Notes: generated by a model not told the origin, from the letters alone. 64,000 bases of DNA from Chlorokybus atmophyticus (GCA_009103225.1 RHPI01002069.1:1470744-1534743); one strand, 5' to 3'. Positions 34,879-48,618 are shown, counted from the stretch's first letter. Translations and numbers: made by a program.

Positions 34879-37800
34879 TTAGAGCTTCCATCGCACCCGT
34901 AGCGGGTGAGGCTTGTCTTTGAGCGCCTCTTCTAGCTGGCGTGCATACTGCGCTCCAATGCAACACCGCCTGAACGATTGTGACCCGGCATCCTCGTGCA
35001 TTACAATATCCCCTTGCACGTGCGTATGTAGACGAGGTGGCGCAGTTCTTGTATCCACAGTGCTTGCATCTCTGCTAGTAGGGGCTGGAGGGAGATGATT
35101 GTTGTCTGACAGTGGAGCATGATTGTGTTCGGGCTCTGCGCTGTGTTGTGCAGTGTGGCATTGTGTGTGCTGTGCATACGTGCCCATTGTGCTCGTGTCA
35201 AAGGACACTGGAATGGTGATGCGCGGGACAGGCTGCACCTCGACACCCAAGCCGATGGGCGTTGATGCAAGGCCAACACGCACGCCTCCCAACGCACGCA
35301 CGAGCTCGTCGCACACTCGGAGCAGCCCTCCCGCGCGTGCCTCAAGCTCTGGTATGACTGACGCAACAGGTGGTAATGTTGCCGGTGGCGGTGGCAGCGG
35401 TGGTGATGGTGTGGGTGTTACGTGCGAGCTTGCCTGCATGGCAGGCGCCATTGTTCCTTCCAACTGAATGCCAAGCAGAGCAACCTCAGTCGTTTTCTAG
35501 CACCATTGATCACCACAATTTACATATACTAAGACAGCACAGACATTGCGTTGCTGACCTTTGTTCTGATAAAGCTCAGCTGCTGGGAGACGGAGTTCTG
35601 AAACTCCAGCAGTTTTGCGGCAACCAAGCTCTGCGACACAGACAAGCACGTCACACACATGTGATGCAATAGAGACAAAGCCCGAGCGTGCCTGCGCACC
35701 ACAAGGGCCTACCTCCATCACCAGCGCATCATCCGCGTTGTTCACACCCCCGCGCCCATCACTTGCCCTAACGCCGTTGCCATTGCTCATCCTATTCACG
35801 TCCGCCAGCAGCGCAGTGTAGCGCGCAGTGAGCTCCTCGTGCTTCGCAACCAACGCTTCGTGCTTGTTGGTTAGCTCGGACTGTCTTTCGTTTGCCACCG
35901 CGGCCACCGTGTTCTGCGTAGCCGCGGTGGTAAGCTCCTGAATATGTTGGAGAAGCGCTGCCCCCTTCAACCCGAGAGACGCGACACGCCAACGCAGAAA
36001 CGCGCGGGCCAACGCGCTACACGCGCGCACTCTCTCACACCTGGACAGATGCATAGGTATCATAAGCGCACTTGTGCATGCATGAGTGCGACGACACAAC
36101 GATTGCGCACAACACCCACCATGCAGGCCATGCTTCCATGATGCTCTCGGCATGCTCGATTTCCCAACGCAGTCGCGCAATCTCCTCCTCCTTCTCCCTG
36201 GCATCCTTGCTTACCTCCTCCAACAGCATGAGTGCATGCTCCTCCCCGCTAGACACATTCGTTGTACTCTTCCCTCTATTATCTCCTTCCGCCAATGCTG
36301 TCGACGCCAACATGGCCGCCCCGACGGCGAATCGTCCCCACGCGGCTGCGGCCCAACCACGGTTGGCACGCAGGTTGTTGTTGTTGCTGTACACGTAGGC
36401 GTGGACGGCGGCGCGGATACGGGCGAGGTTCTGCTTGGCTGTCTGTAGCTCGGAGCTGAGGTCGCACGCCATGGCGGCCGCGGCGTCCGCCGCGTGGCGG
36501 CTCTGCTCGGCACGCGACTCGCGCGCCACGACACGCCAACGCCAGAAACAGCGCTCCATCGAGTACACGTCGTTGATGTTGTGTTGGTAGCCCAACTCAC
36601 CACCACTCTCAGCGTACTCGTCACCCCTGAAGCTCCCCCGCGGGCTTCGCATGCTTCTCGGACTCGACATGGTCGGTGGCGGCGGGGACAACATCCTCGT
36701 CGGGATGGACCCGTTATTACTGCGTGGCGAGTAGTTGTCTCCTCCTCCTCCACGTGGGCTTCGCGGGCTGACGGGCCTCGAGTGTGAGGTCCCACCATTG
36801 CTCATCATCTCTGCACGGTGAGCGCGCTCAAGCAGCAGCACCGCCAGCTGGTCCTCGAGGCCCTTCCTGCGCGCGGCGGCGTGCTCGGCGTCGGCACGGT
36901 GCTCCTCGTCGGCCCGATCGAATGCCTCTCGCAGATCGTCAATCTGCACGCAAGCAGGAGGGATGGGATCAGTTACGTGTGTGTATGTGCCATTGGGTGA
37001 GGCAATATCGGCTGTTGTTTGTACCTGCTCGTTGGCTGCTTGGAGATGTGTTTGCAGCTCCGTGATCTCTGTCTCGAGCTTCTGTCCACCAAACATAGGC
37101 AGGTGTTGTGACCGAATGAACGCACGCATGCAATCGTATGCAGGCACGAGCACAGGTGCACACACACACGCCGTCATGCAAGCACACACATGCACACGCG
37201 CAGCCACGAACCTGGTTGTGCTTCTCGGCATTGTCGGCTTTCGCCTTGGCCTCCTCCTCTCTCCCCTTCGCCTCCGCCGCTTCCTTCCTTGCGGCGTCCC
37301 GTTCTGCCCGCATGCCTCCCGCCCTCTCGGCTTCCGCTCTCATCGCTTCCCTGGCGTCGCGCATCTCCGCGGCGTGGGCGGCGGCGGCGGCCGCGGCGGC
37401 TTTGTTGGCGAGGACGAGCTCCTCGGCCACGCGAGAGAGGGCTTCACCCGCACGACGGGACTTGTCGACCTCGGCAACGAACTCGCCATCGCGACGAGCC
37501 AACTGACACACACGCATGCATGTCGATGCGTGCATGCTTGTGTGCAAAAGACTGTGTACACACGCGTGTGTATGTGTGTTAGTAACCAAGGCCAGCACCA
37601 TGCACTTGGAATGGTTCAAAGGAGAGGGTGGGACATTCATACCTGTTCAAGGAGGAGCTTGCGTTCGGAGAGCGCCGCATCCCGCTCACGCGCATGGTTC
37701 TCCTCCTGCGCGCGCAGCCTCGCAGACGCCCGCTCGCACGCCGCCTCGCGCCTACCCAACTCCCCTTCCTTATGAAGGCGTGCGCGTGAGTGTGCATGCA

Positions 37801-38136
37801 TGTGTGCGTGCATGCGCGTGCATGGCTGCTTGTCGCCCACCTTGTCGGTGAGGTGGGCGCGTGTGCGCGCGAAGGCCTCCTCGACTCGCTCGGTGCGACG
37901 GGCGGTCTCGGCAACGCCCTCGCGCGCCTCGCGCAACGCCGCGCGCAGCGCATTGCTCTCGCCGCGACCCGCAGCAGCCTCCGCCTGGTGTTTGGGAATG
38001 CGGTAGATCAACAACAACAGCAGCGGCGATGCACTGAAGCCGGCATGGCAACAGCACAACCTGTGGCAATGCTGGCATTCATGCCATTCCCTGACTGGTG
38101 GCCGTGAGCTCACAGGCATGCTTGATGTGAATTACG

Positions 38137-38178
<42 letters not shown>

Positions 38179-38515
38179 CTACCTGCCAGTCTCTGATCTG
38201 TGCGTGTGCTGCGGCGAGTTGTTCTTTCAGTCGTCGCTCCGCTTCTGCGGCTTCCCTGAGTCGCTGCTTGAGTCGCTTGGCTCTCGCCTCGTCCTCCTCC
38301 GCCTGCGCCAGCGCCGCCGCCACCTCCCTAGACACGCGCGCCTTCAGCTGACTACGCTTCCACTTGTGGAAAGCAGCCGACGCAGCAAGCACGCTACCCG
38401 CAGGCGGATCCCCGACCAGGCCGCCCAGCTCATCAGCCTCCCCGTCCTCCTCGTCGCCGCCATCCTTCCCAGCGGCCACAGCCAGCTCCAGAGCCCGACG
38501 CGCGTCCCAACCCAT
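34879..38515 (-). CDS. Large multi-exon coiled-coil protein (3' end uncertain)
   Basis: E/A/R-rich exons at ~38515-38180, 37950-37640, 37505-37210, 36950-36210 and 36015-35720. Three F..W[RK] motifs. Confidence 0.7.
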
Positions 38516-38939
38516 ACCGCCCCGCCCGCCAGACCCCGGCGCTGCCCGGCCCCGGCCTGGCGGAATGGACCGTTGAGGTGGTTCACGGCCGAAGCCAGAT
38601 ACCGCAGCCAAAGCAACCAGTCACGTAGAAGCCAATGTGCAATCAAAGTACAGTCTACTCGGGCTATAAGTATCGTTTTTGTAAGTATAAATGCCCTATA
38701 ACCATAAATTTCTAGAGAACCGATGGTTTCCCTGGCAAATGTTGTTGGTTATAAGTAATACTTATATCCACATAAACATATTGAAATCTAGCGATAATCT
38801 TACAAGTTTTAGCAGGGAACATACTTGTAAGGAAGTGTACTGTCGACGTCGCAGCGTTACGCAGCGATTTTGTGACAGCGTCACAAGACCGCTGCGTGAC
38901 GCTGCTGCATGACGTCGGTGCGCACGCCAGCCAGCGTCA

Positions 38940-41900
38940 AGCGGCGGAGATGCGCCGCCGCTGGGCGGCCGCCTTGGGGGCGGCGCAGGCGTAGGCGTAG
39001 GCGCAGGCGGGGGCGGCGGCGGCGAAGGTGCATCATTACCCTCCATGAATATGAACATGGACATGGAGGACGACAGTGACTTCAGCCATGGTTCGGCTGA
39101 GGCGCTGTTTGATGCAGGCGATGGCGCTGGTGCTAGTAGCGCTGCGCCTGCACGAGGTGCCGCAGCAAAGCGCGGCGGGCGTGGTGGAGGCCGCAAGTAA
39201 GTTGTGCATCAACATGATTACAAGTGTGACATTCTACAGGTGTGAGGTAATAATTTTTTGTGTATGCGTGCAGCAAGGGCATCAAGCGTCGAGCACACAT
39301 TGTCAACGAGAAGCAAGCAATTATTGCATTAATTGACGCACACCCTGGCGAGAAGCAGAGCGACCTGCTGCTCATGATCAACGACAAGTTACGGCTGACA
39401 CTCAGCCAGCCAATACTCTCTAGAATTTTGCGTTTCAAGGATAAGATTGTCGAGGTTATAGCTCAGGCTGGTGAGCGTGGTGTAGTGTTCAAGAAGGGTA
39501 GGCAAGCACATTATCCTGAATTAGAAGCAGCACTGTATGCATGGTTTGGGCAAGCTCGGTTGCGCAAGGCCACACTAACTGATGAGGTCTTAATTGTCAA
39601 AGCACGAGCCGTTACGGATGCCGCTGCTATAGACATAGCATCAAGCTCATTTTCTTTGGGCTGGCTTGATGGTTTTAAAAAGCGTCACGGCATCAAGGCT
39701 TATGCATTGCATGGAGAGGCAGGAGATGCTGACATGGATGGTGTGCGCTTGGCAATGACGGAGCTGCCTCTTCTCCTGAAAGAGTATGACCCCGACAATA
39801 CTTTCAACATGGACGAATTGGGTTTGTTCTACCGCGCACGCCCAAGTCGCACGCTTGCAGTTGCAGCCTTGGACGCTCGTGGGTAAGAAAGCTTAGTGCA
39901 CTGCAGCTGCACAGCCAAGCCAATGAGCATAGCTTAATCGTGTTGTTCGTTACAGAATGGAAAAGCACAAAGATCGATGCACTGTTGTCTTGTGTGTGCA
40001 CAAATGCAAGCGGCACGGAGAAGCGTCCTTTGCTGTTCATTGGCAAGTCCAAGCAGCCAAGATGCTTTGGCAAAACTTGGCAGCCTCACCGAGTTGGAGT
40101 GAATTATGAGTACAACTCAACGGCGTGGATGACACACCAGGTGCGTTGTCATGCAACGGATTGGCGTGCACTCACTGATTGATTGCATGCGTGCGTACAT
40201 GGTGTGCTGGTCTGCACGCATGCATGCACACGCCCACGCAGACGCAGATCAGCTCACACATACATGCGCGTATGTATGTGTGAGCTGTGCTGATCTTCAT
40301 GACACTGCATGCTGTGCTTGTGTACATGGTGTGCTAATCTGCACGCGCACACACGCACGCACGCACGCGCACGTACACATGCACGCAAATCAGCTTACAC
40401 ATACGTGCGCATGTATGTATGTGCTGTGCTGATCATCATAACAAGCAGGTACTTACATGGTGGTTGTGTGCATTCATTTCAAGGACATGCATCTGATCTG
40501 CACGCGTGTGTGCGCGTGCGCGTGCGTGCGCGTATGTGTGTGATGTGCTGAATTCCAGTTCAATCAGGCATGCAGGTGTTTGCATGGTGGTTGTGTGCAT
40601 TCAATCATGGTCATGTATCTGATCTGCGTGCGCGTGCGCATGCACGTGTGATGTGTTGAGTTCCAGTTCAATGGCATGCAGGTGGTTGTATGCATTCAAT
40701 TATGGTCATGTATCTGATCTGCGTGCGCGTGCATGCGTGCGTGCGCGTGCGTGTGTGATGTGCTGAGTTCCAGTTTAATGGCATGCAGGTGGTTGCGTGG
40801 TGGTTGTGTGCATTCAATTATGGTCATGCATCTGATCGGCGTGCATGCGCGCGTGTGCGTGTATGCGCGCGCACATGTCTGAAATGTGCTGATTTTCAGC
40901 AATGGCATGCAGGTGTTTACACGGTGGTTATGTGCGTTCAATGAGGATATGCGCCGTGCTAATCGACAAGTGCTGGTGCTCATGAACAACGCAGCAACGC
41001 ACATCTGCGCGCCAAGCCAAGTCGGGGACAAAAGGCAGCTTCAAGTCTCTCATTATGTCTCACCTGACCGTTGTGTTCTTGCCTCCAAACACAACATCAG
41101 TCATTCAACCCTTGAATGCGGGCATAATTGCTGCATTCAAGATGAGGTAAGGTTTGACATCATGTGAGCAAAGCACGTTACTTTGTGAGGATATGTTCGA
41201 GTCTTACGCATTGCTACGCAGGTACAAGAAGATGTTGGTTGTGCACATGCTTGCATAGTTTGACGCCAACCCCACTTCCGACCTCAGCAAACCAAAGTGG
41301 ATGTGCGCGACGCCGTCATGTGGAGCCGTGAAGCTTGGATGGAGCTCACTCCTTCTACCATACGCAATTGCTGGCGCAAGAGCAAGGTTATTCCTGCCGA
41401 TTGGTGTGCTGATGCAAACAATGACAACCTCAACGCCCCATCCGTTCGTCGCGTCACTGACGCCAAGGTATGTATGCTTAGTTGGTGGTTATTGCTAGAA
41501 CAATGCTTGTGCCAACATTGGTAACTTGCATTGCTACTGCGCGTAGGAGTTGGATGATTTGCAGCAACTCATGGCGCGGATGAAGCTTCTAATATCAGAC
41601 ACAATCAGCGCTGAGGAGTTTGTGGACATGGATGAGACATTGCCCACGGAGGCAACAGGAACGGATGCTGAAATACTGGCATCTGTTGGTCTCGGGCCAT
41701 TGTCCGATGATGAAGATGAGGAAGGTAAGTGATGGTGTGGTGCCTGCACTATGCACTATGCACAATGCAATTGCATGATAGCTTGTACATGTCGCTAAGA
41801 CTAGCATGCACAGATGACCCTGACAATCAGCCCCCTCATGCGCCGACATCGAGAGAAGCGATGCAACATGTGGATGCACTTGGCGCTTTTATCATCGAAG

Positions 41901-42055
41901 CTTCTGAAGACTTCAATCAAATGGAGCAGATGGCGCTTAGGAAGTTGAGAAACAAGTTGACGCATCTTCACATTTTCGGTGTGTCTAGTGCTAGACAGAG
42001 CACCATTCACTCATTTTTTCATCCGCACTTAGAAGATGTAGATGAGGAGGATTAG
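38940..42055 (+). pseudogene. Intron-containing pogo/CENP-B-like transposase, disabled
   Basis: HTH (YPELEAALYAWF...GWLDGFKKRHGI), FNMDELGLFY, KDRCTVVLC/TNASGTEK, NSTAWMT, VLMNNAATH, FLPPNTTSVIQPLNAGII, NCWRK and a C-terminal QSTIHSFF PIP-like box. Six introns. Frameshifts at ~39990, ~41034 and ~41295, and a TAG at 41256-41258. Confidence 0.88.
40190..40940 (+). repeat. Intronic minisatellite (~100-125-bp units) in transposase intron 3
   Basis: Units near 40424, 40540, 40650 and 40758 resemble the real acceptor and exon start at ~40885-40940. Two further related units lie at ~40195 and ~40320. Confidence 0.8.
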
Positions 42056-42480
42056 CGTAGTTGCCGCATAATACATATACATTATTGTGTTTACTTGCGC
42101 TAATCATGATATCGGGCACTTACACGCAGCATGTTGGTGTGCATGAACTTGCTTGAAACCTCCCATTGCAGTGTGCATTAACTATAAGCATACGTATACT
42201 TATAGCAAAGACGATGCTGATTATGCGGTTGCTCTGCTTATATGCATAATATATCCTTATACACATGTAAACATATTGTGTACTTATATGGAGGTAAACA
42301 TATATGCTCTAGAAGTATATGTTTTCCAAGGACCAAGTGTATACTTATAAGGAGAGTAGACTGTAATACAAACGCGAAGTCACTGCATCCAAAATTCGCT
42401 GATGTTTGACGCCAGTTGTTTTGGCTTCTTGGCCTGGCGAGCAAGACTGGGGTAGAGGTGGGCAGGCGGCGGCGGCGGCC

Positions 42481-43624
42481 ATGGGGCGGCCTCTGTGGTA
42501 CGACGTGGCGGACAGGCCGGCCACAAGCGCTGTAGTGTGCGCTTGCTGCGCGGCGTGGGCTGCGCTGCAGCGTCGGGGCGGGCTGGGCTATGAGGACGTG
42601 GGGATGTCGTACATCAAGGTGGTGGAGGAGGGCCAGCTGTGGCGAGTGCTCTCATCCGCCTTCTCCCACCTCTCACTGCTTCACTTGATCTTCAACATGT
42701 CGTCGCTCTGGACCCTCGCCCCCGCATCCGAGGTGACACTCTCACCCTCCTCGTTGTTAGCATGATGAGTTGTTTCGTTACTCTCCAATCACCATCTGCA
42801 TGTGTATGTGTGTGCAGTGCAGGCGAGTCCCGCGCTAGGCACGCGCAAGTATGTGTTGCACAGCTGCCAGCTGCTCCTCCTGGCGTCTGCGCTGGTGCTG
42901 GTCATCTATTACGCTCTGATCAGGTGCTGTTATGAGAAACAAACACACAACCCAACATGCGTGCTGGTTGCTCGTACTTGTTGCATTGACAACGCAGCAC
43001 TTAACAATCAGATATGCTGGAGTGGAGCGTTACCGCCACGTGACGGCGGTGGGGTACAGCCACGTGGTGTTTGGGTGGATGGCCATCGTTGCACAGCGGG
43101 CCCACACGCACCACAACTCCAACATCGATTTCTTCGGCTTCTCTGCCGGGGCAGTCCCGCTCTCCCTGGCACCCTTCGGCTCGCTCCTCCTCACCCAACT
43201 CATTGTCCCACAGGTACATTACATTTGTCGTCATACACATCACCGCATGCGTGCGTCATGATGTACACACAGACGCATGCACACACTCACACACAAGCGC
43301 GCATGCGCATGCGCATGCATACACACACACGCACACACACAGGCGAGCTTCATTGGGCACCTGTCTGGCATCCTTGTTGGCTATGCAATCGCCTTTGGGG
43401 TGCTCGACAGTCTCTCAGAGGGTTGGACCTGGCTGGCGACGGCGCTCGCGTTGGCGGCCGCTGCGGCGAGTCTGAGACGCACGGAGGCGGTACGGTGGTT
43501 GAACTTTCCGATCAGATTGTTTGTTAGGAGAGGTGGCAGCACGGGCACCGAGAGCGTGCGACTGCTCGACGGGGTCATCATCAGGCCCTCATCTTCTTCT
43601 GGGCGGACACCAGATCGGGTCTGA
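42481..43624 (+). CDS. RBL13: Rhomboid-like protease, plant RBL13 type, 4 exons
   Basis: MGRPLWYDVADRPATS, WRVLSSAFSHLSLLHLIFNMSSLW, VTAVGYS (catalytic Ser) and ASFIGHLSGILVGY (catalytic His) closely follow Arabidopsis RBL13 as I recall it. Confidence 0.9.
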
Positions 43625-44912
43625 TGTTGTCGTTGGTCCCTTTGTACAGCGATTGGTCGTGTGCTCTTGCACTTCTGTAGAGTTGCGTGTTCCGTTCATA
43701 TGGTACATGCGCGGCGAGTATGCCTTCAGCAGCTACCTGGTTGCCCATGTGCTTAGCGCAGTTATCAGGTGGGTGGTGTTTCCTGCTGCTTTCTGCCTAC
43801 GGTGATGGAGGTCTCTCTCACCCAGCTGGCCGTCAAACAAGGCATGGTGATGACGGATGGCACAGCTGCAGCACTCAACCTGCTGTATGCGCTGTCTTTA
43901 GGAAGCCACCCTCTTGGAGTGTGGTTGCAGCTCCACAGATTGCTCTCACCTCAAGCACAGCAAGCACACCCTGCCGTTGAAGAGCATGCTGCTTCACACC
44001 AGCCAGCCAGCCGCTAGCTAGCTCTCAGCAAAGCAAGGGGATGTGCCTTACCTCATATTTTGTCGCTTTCCATAGTGGTGCGTACACCCCTCGACTATGA
44101 TATAGTCTATGTAGTACAAGCCGCTTGGACTACCTCTGAGTGCATACCATTTGTCATGGTCACTTGATTTGGAGCCGCGTGGGGGAGAAGCAGCGGTTGA
44201 CTTTCAAGCAACATCGCTATATGCTGGGCAGTATGTGCAAAAACGAGCAAGCCACACCCTGTCAGCAATCCAACATACAAGTTTTGGAGATAAGGTATGT
44301 ACACAACTTACATTGAGGGTTGAAACTCATGGTGTACGATTCAAACCCTGCAAGTGTGACAGGCAGCTTCCCAAGGCGCAAAATCACTGTGCTACAACAG
44401 CCCAGATCTGCGTGGTTACAAGATGGACAGCACAAGCCATCAACGAAGCACTGGTCCAGTACCAGTAGCATTCAGCATGCAGATTTTTCAGTTAATGACA
44501 CAGAACGGTGCAGAGTTGATTGAGTGTCAATGCAAGCTGAAAGCAGCACTGGTGTCAACGGAGAGCAAGGCGTTGTGCTTGCAGTAACAGCAAACTAGGG
44601 CAGCTGTTAGCATGCGCACCTGAACGCACGGACTTCTTGTTCCCTACAATAGCGTGCAAAGAGCAAACACACGCGCGCATGGCAAGGACTCATCTTGGTG
44701 CACGCAGTGCTGCTGAGCAGGCAGCACACGCACATGCCCAGGCATGCACACGTCCTTGCATCACACTGGGCACTTCAAGTCGCTATCAGCGATGATCAGT
44801 CACTGCTCCTACAAGGCATGCACACCAAAACAAACTACACCCTGCTCTGGATGTGCCTGTGATGATCGCTCAGTGCAAAGCATCACGAGGCTGCAAATTT
44901 CGTCTATGCGGT

Positions 44913-45660
44913 TCACCTGCGTCTGCGTGAACCCACTGAGAATCCTCTTCTGCGTCCACGAGATGCGCTTGAAGCCCCACCAGCAGCTCGATCCGCGCGC
45001 ATTTTCTCAGCTACAATGCGAGTCGTTTCCCACCAGGGTGACCACCAGGTGGGCGAGTAGCGTGCGGTGAACCAGTCGTGGTAGAGGCATTCGTTGCCGT
45101 TGCCGTAGACGTCCTCCAGCCAGCGCATGTGAAAGTGCATGCCCGTCCATGCCTGTCCATTTCTGCTGGCCTCGACGCAACGCATGCGGTTCCACTCGAC
45201 CAGCCGCTGTTTGCCCTTTGCAAAGAGGTCTAGATCATCGTTGTGCACTGCGAACACCACGTCTCATCGCCCTCCCGTGCCGGGCTCTCCAGGGGTTGGC
45301 AGTGTCACGATGATCCCAATCCACCTCTGCAAATCACACACATGCCTTGGTGAGCACTAACACTGTGAGTGCTGCACTGTACATGGCATGTACAGTACAA
45401 GTACAATCATGCAGCGCACCAGCTCACGTTGCAAGCCAAAGTCCTCCTTCCAGAACGATAGAATTCGCACACTTTATAGGGGCTCTCCAGGTCCTCAGCG
45501 CCTGCCATGATTACCACCTGCTTGTACTGTTCGTCTGTCTTCTTATCGTCGCCCTGCTCGCAGAACACCTTTATCTGCTGCTGTTGCTGCTGCTGCTCCA
45601 TTGTCGCCTGCAAACCAGAGCGGTCATCACGAGTGGCCAAGCACTTGCTTACGAGCATGC
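44913..45660 (-). CDS. Hypothetical multi-exon gene (3' exons)
   Basis: GC-rich coding-like exons at ~45640-45470 and 45260-44913 (HMRWLEDVYGNGNECLYHDW). No family recognised. Confidence 0.35.
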
Positions 45661-46977
45661 CATGACATTACTTTGAAAATGACACATTCATGCGACATGC
45701 TCAAACACAAGCAACGGCACACTTTACGGCCGCTGTCACCATCAGACTGTTGTAAGGCAGCGCATGTACCACAGCACAACTGACAGTCAGCTTTTAGGCA
45801 GCGGTCAGCATCAGATTGCAGACGCTTTGCTGTCATGATGTACAAGCCGCTCAACGTCAGCTGGACAGCTACTTCATGCAATCAACAACAGACTGTCATT
45901 AACAATGTGCTACTTTGAGGAGACAGTGCATGGCGGTAGTTAAGCAACAGGTTGACGTGACATGCAAGCTGGCATGTAACGCAGACGCATGCACGCAGAG
46001 CATTTGCCAGACGCAGACACAGGGACTCAAGCAGGCAGGTGGCTTGGAAAGTTGTCAAGCTTGCAGCCTGCTCGGAGCGTGAGGTTTCAGAGTGGTCAAG
46101 ACCAGCAGCAGCAGTAGCAGGGGGCATACCTGGTCCTCTGATAGCTGTGCAGCAGCCGGGGTGTCTCAGAGATGGTGAGCGAGCGTGCAAACCCTCGGCT
46201 TCACTGCCACCACAGCTCTAAACTAAGCTCAGATGCATCCCATAACGTGCCCCACGCTGCTACCGCCGTGCTGTGCTACCCGTAGTAGAAGCAGCTGCCT
46301 CCAGCTGCTCCCGTGCTGGTACAGCAGTGCAACCCAAGCTAGCTGCAACTCGTGCTTGCGTACACCAAGCAAAACGCAGCAGCTGCCGCTCCGTGCATTG
46401 AACTCGAGCGACAAGCCGTGTACATTTATATATATATACACGGTAGTTGTTCTCGAGTGCACCGCCGCGCGCCTGCAGGGCGCGAAAAGCGGTGTGACCG
46501 ATCTGAGCGCCACGCACACACTTCTGCTGTGGCCGTGTGGTTGAGTGCCGGTTGCTGCTTCTGCCTATTCTCTCTCTTGCATGCCTGTGTAGTCGACTCA
46601 TGAGGACTGATGCCTGTCACTCACAGCTTTGCATGGGACGTGTACGGCCGGAGTGTGTCTCAGCTGTTGACGCTACAACTCGTGCATCATGCAGGCGGCT
46701 TACACAAAACGTGGGTGCTGTACTAGGCTCCATGATGCATTGCATGCACATCACTTGACACTCCTGTAAGTCATAATGACAATCATGTACATTGCAAGAT
46801 ATATGACATGCGTTTATGGCAACTCAATTGTAATGACCCACATTATTACACGAAAGGCAACCCCAAGTCATCATGCGTGCATGGCAACATGTTGTTTTAC
46901 ACGATTACGTCACATTGTGTTTGTCAATATATGTCACATTAATGTCGCATAACTGCGACATATTAAATTGCCGAACA

Positions 46978-47310
<333 letters not shown>

Positions 47311-48261
47311 CTCGCTCGCTCTCGTCCAGGCATGTGTGTCGTGTTGTGCTCAGTGCTGTCCTCAGTTAATGCCACCACAGCTTTAGGCTAAGCTAGTAGT
47401 AGTAGTAGTTGCAACCCACAATGCTGCACTACGCCGCCACCACAGTCCTGTCCTACCTGTAAAGATAGTCACCAGCAGCTGCTCCCCTGCTTATACATAC
47501 AGCAGCTTCAAGTTTTCATTACTGCTGTGTGTGACCTTTTTGCACAACGGGGCTAGCTGGAGCTATGCTTGCCTTGCAGCAGCTTTGGCACGTTTTACGA
47601 CCGAAGGCTACTGCTGTCACACGCACCGCAGGCGCCCAAAATTGCAAGGCGACCGCAAGTTTGGTCACCAAACCCGCACAAAGCTAGTGTGACCATTTTG
47701 GGCGCCACTCGGCGGCCTGCTTGAGTGCCGCTTGCTTGATGCCTGCTTTTGCCTGCCTCTGATGCTGACTCGCTCGGCAGCACGGCTGTTATGCACTCTG
47801 TGGCCCCTACAGCCCAAGTGTATCTCTGTCCAAGGGTACAACTCGTATATGCATGCACAAAGCATGCCACACGCTTCGCGCATGCACAGTGTGCAGCACT
47901 ACCGGTATGCTGCATGCAGTTGCATGCACGCTAGTGAATTAAGGGGAGCCACCCAACATTTTTATGTGTTGAAGGCATGATGCGGTCATGACGCATACTG
48001 AGCATCACATTATGACATGGTCAATTATGTAATATTGAACATGCACATTAAGACACATATGATTATCTTAGGCGTATCCAGGCAATTGATTCTAATCGTG
48101 AAAGTATGGTGGCCTCAAATACGAAACACAACACATTGTGCATAAGAGGCGATAATGAAACAATTTGTATGTAAACATCACAGACGTTGCAAGCACCCAA
48201 GCTCAAGAAGACTACCGTATTTTGTTGAATACAACTCCCCTTTACAAACAAAGCCCCCCCC

Positions 48262-48618
48262 NNNNNNNNNNNNNNNNNNNNNNNNNNNNNNNNNNNNNNN
48301 NNNNNNNNNNNNNNNNNNNNNNNNNNNNNNNNNNNNNNNNNNNNNNNNNNNNNNNNNNNNNNNNNNNNNNNNNNNNNNNNNNNNNNNNNNNNNNNNNNNN
48401 NNNNNNNNNNNNNNNNNNNNNNNNNNNNNNNNNNNNNNNNNNNNNNNNNNNNNNNNNNNNNNNNNNNNNNNNNNNNNNNNNNNNNNNNNNNNNNNNNNNN
48501 NNNNNNNNNNNNNNNNNNNNNNNNNNNNNNNNNNNNNNNNNNNNNNNNNNNNNNNNNNNNNNNNNNNNNNNNNNNNNNNNNNNNNNNNNNNNNNNNNNNN
48601 NNNNNNNNNNNNNNNNNN
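48262..48618. other. Assembly gap (357 N)
   Basis: N run flanked by a C-run on the left and a G-run on the right. Confidence 1.

Larger units (their letters stand above)
38651..42363 (+). mobile_element. Full-length pogo-type (Tc1/mariner-related) DNA transposon, 3713 bp
   Basis: 23-bp TIRs CAGTCTACTC(gggc/tcct)TATAAGTAT at 38651-38673 and 42341-42363. TA TSD at 38649-38650 and 42364-42365. Internal transposase. Confidence 0.93.

Noticed and set aside
40190-40940. CRISPR-like repeat-spacer array
   Set aside because: The units are degenerate tandem copies without unique spacers, inside a eukaryotic intron, and no cas genes are present.
38940-42055. Domesticated CENP-B-like host gene, given the loss of catalytic residues
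   Set aside because: TIRs and TSD are retained, and three frameshifts plus a premature stop indicate a decayed transposon unless these are sequencing errors.
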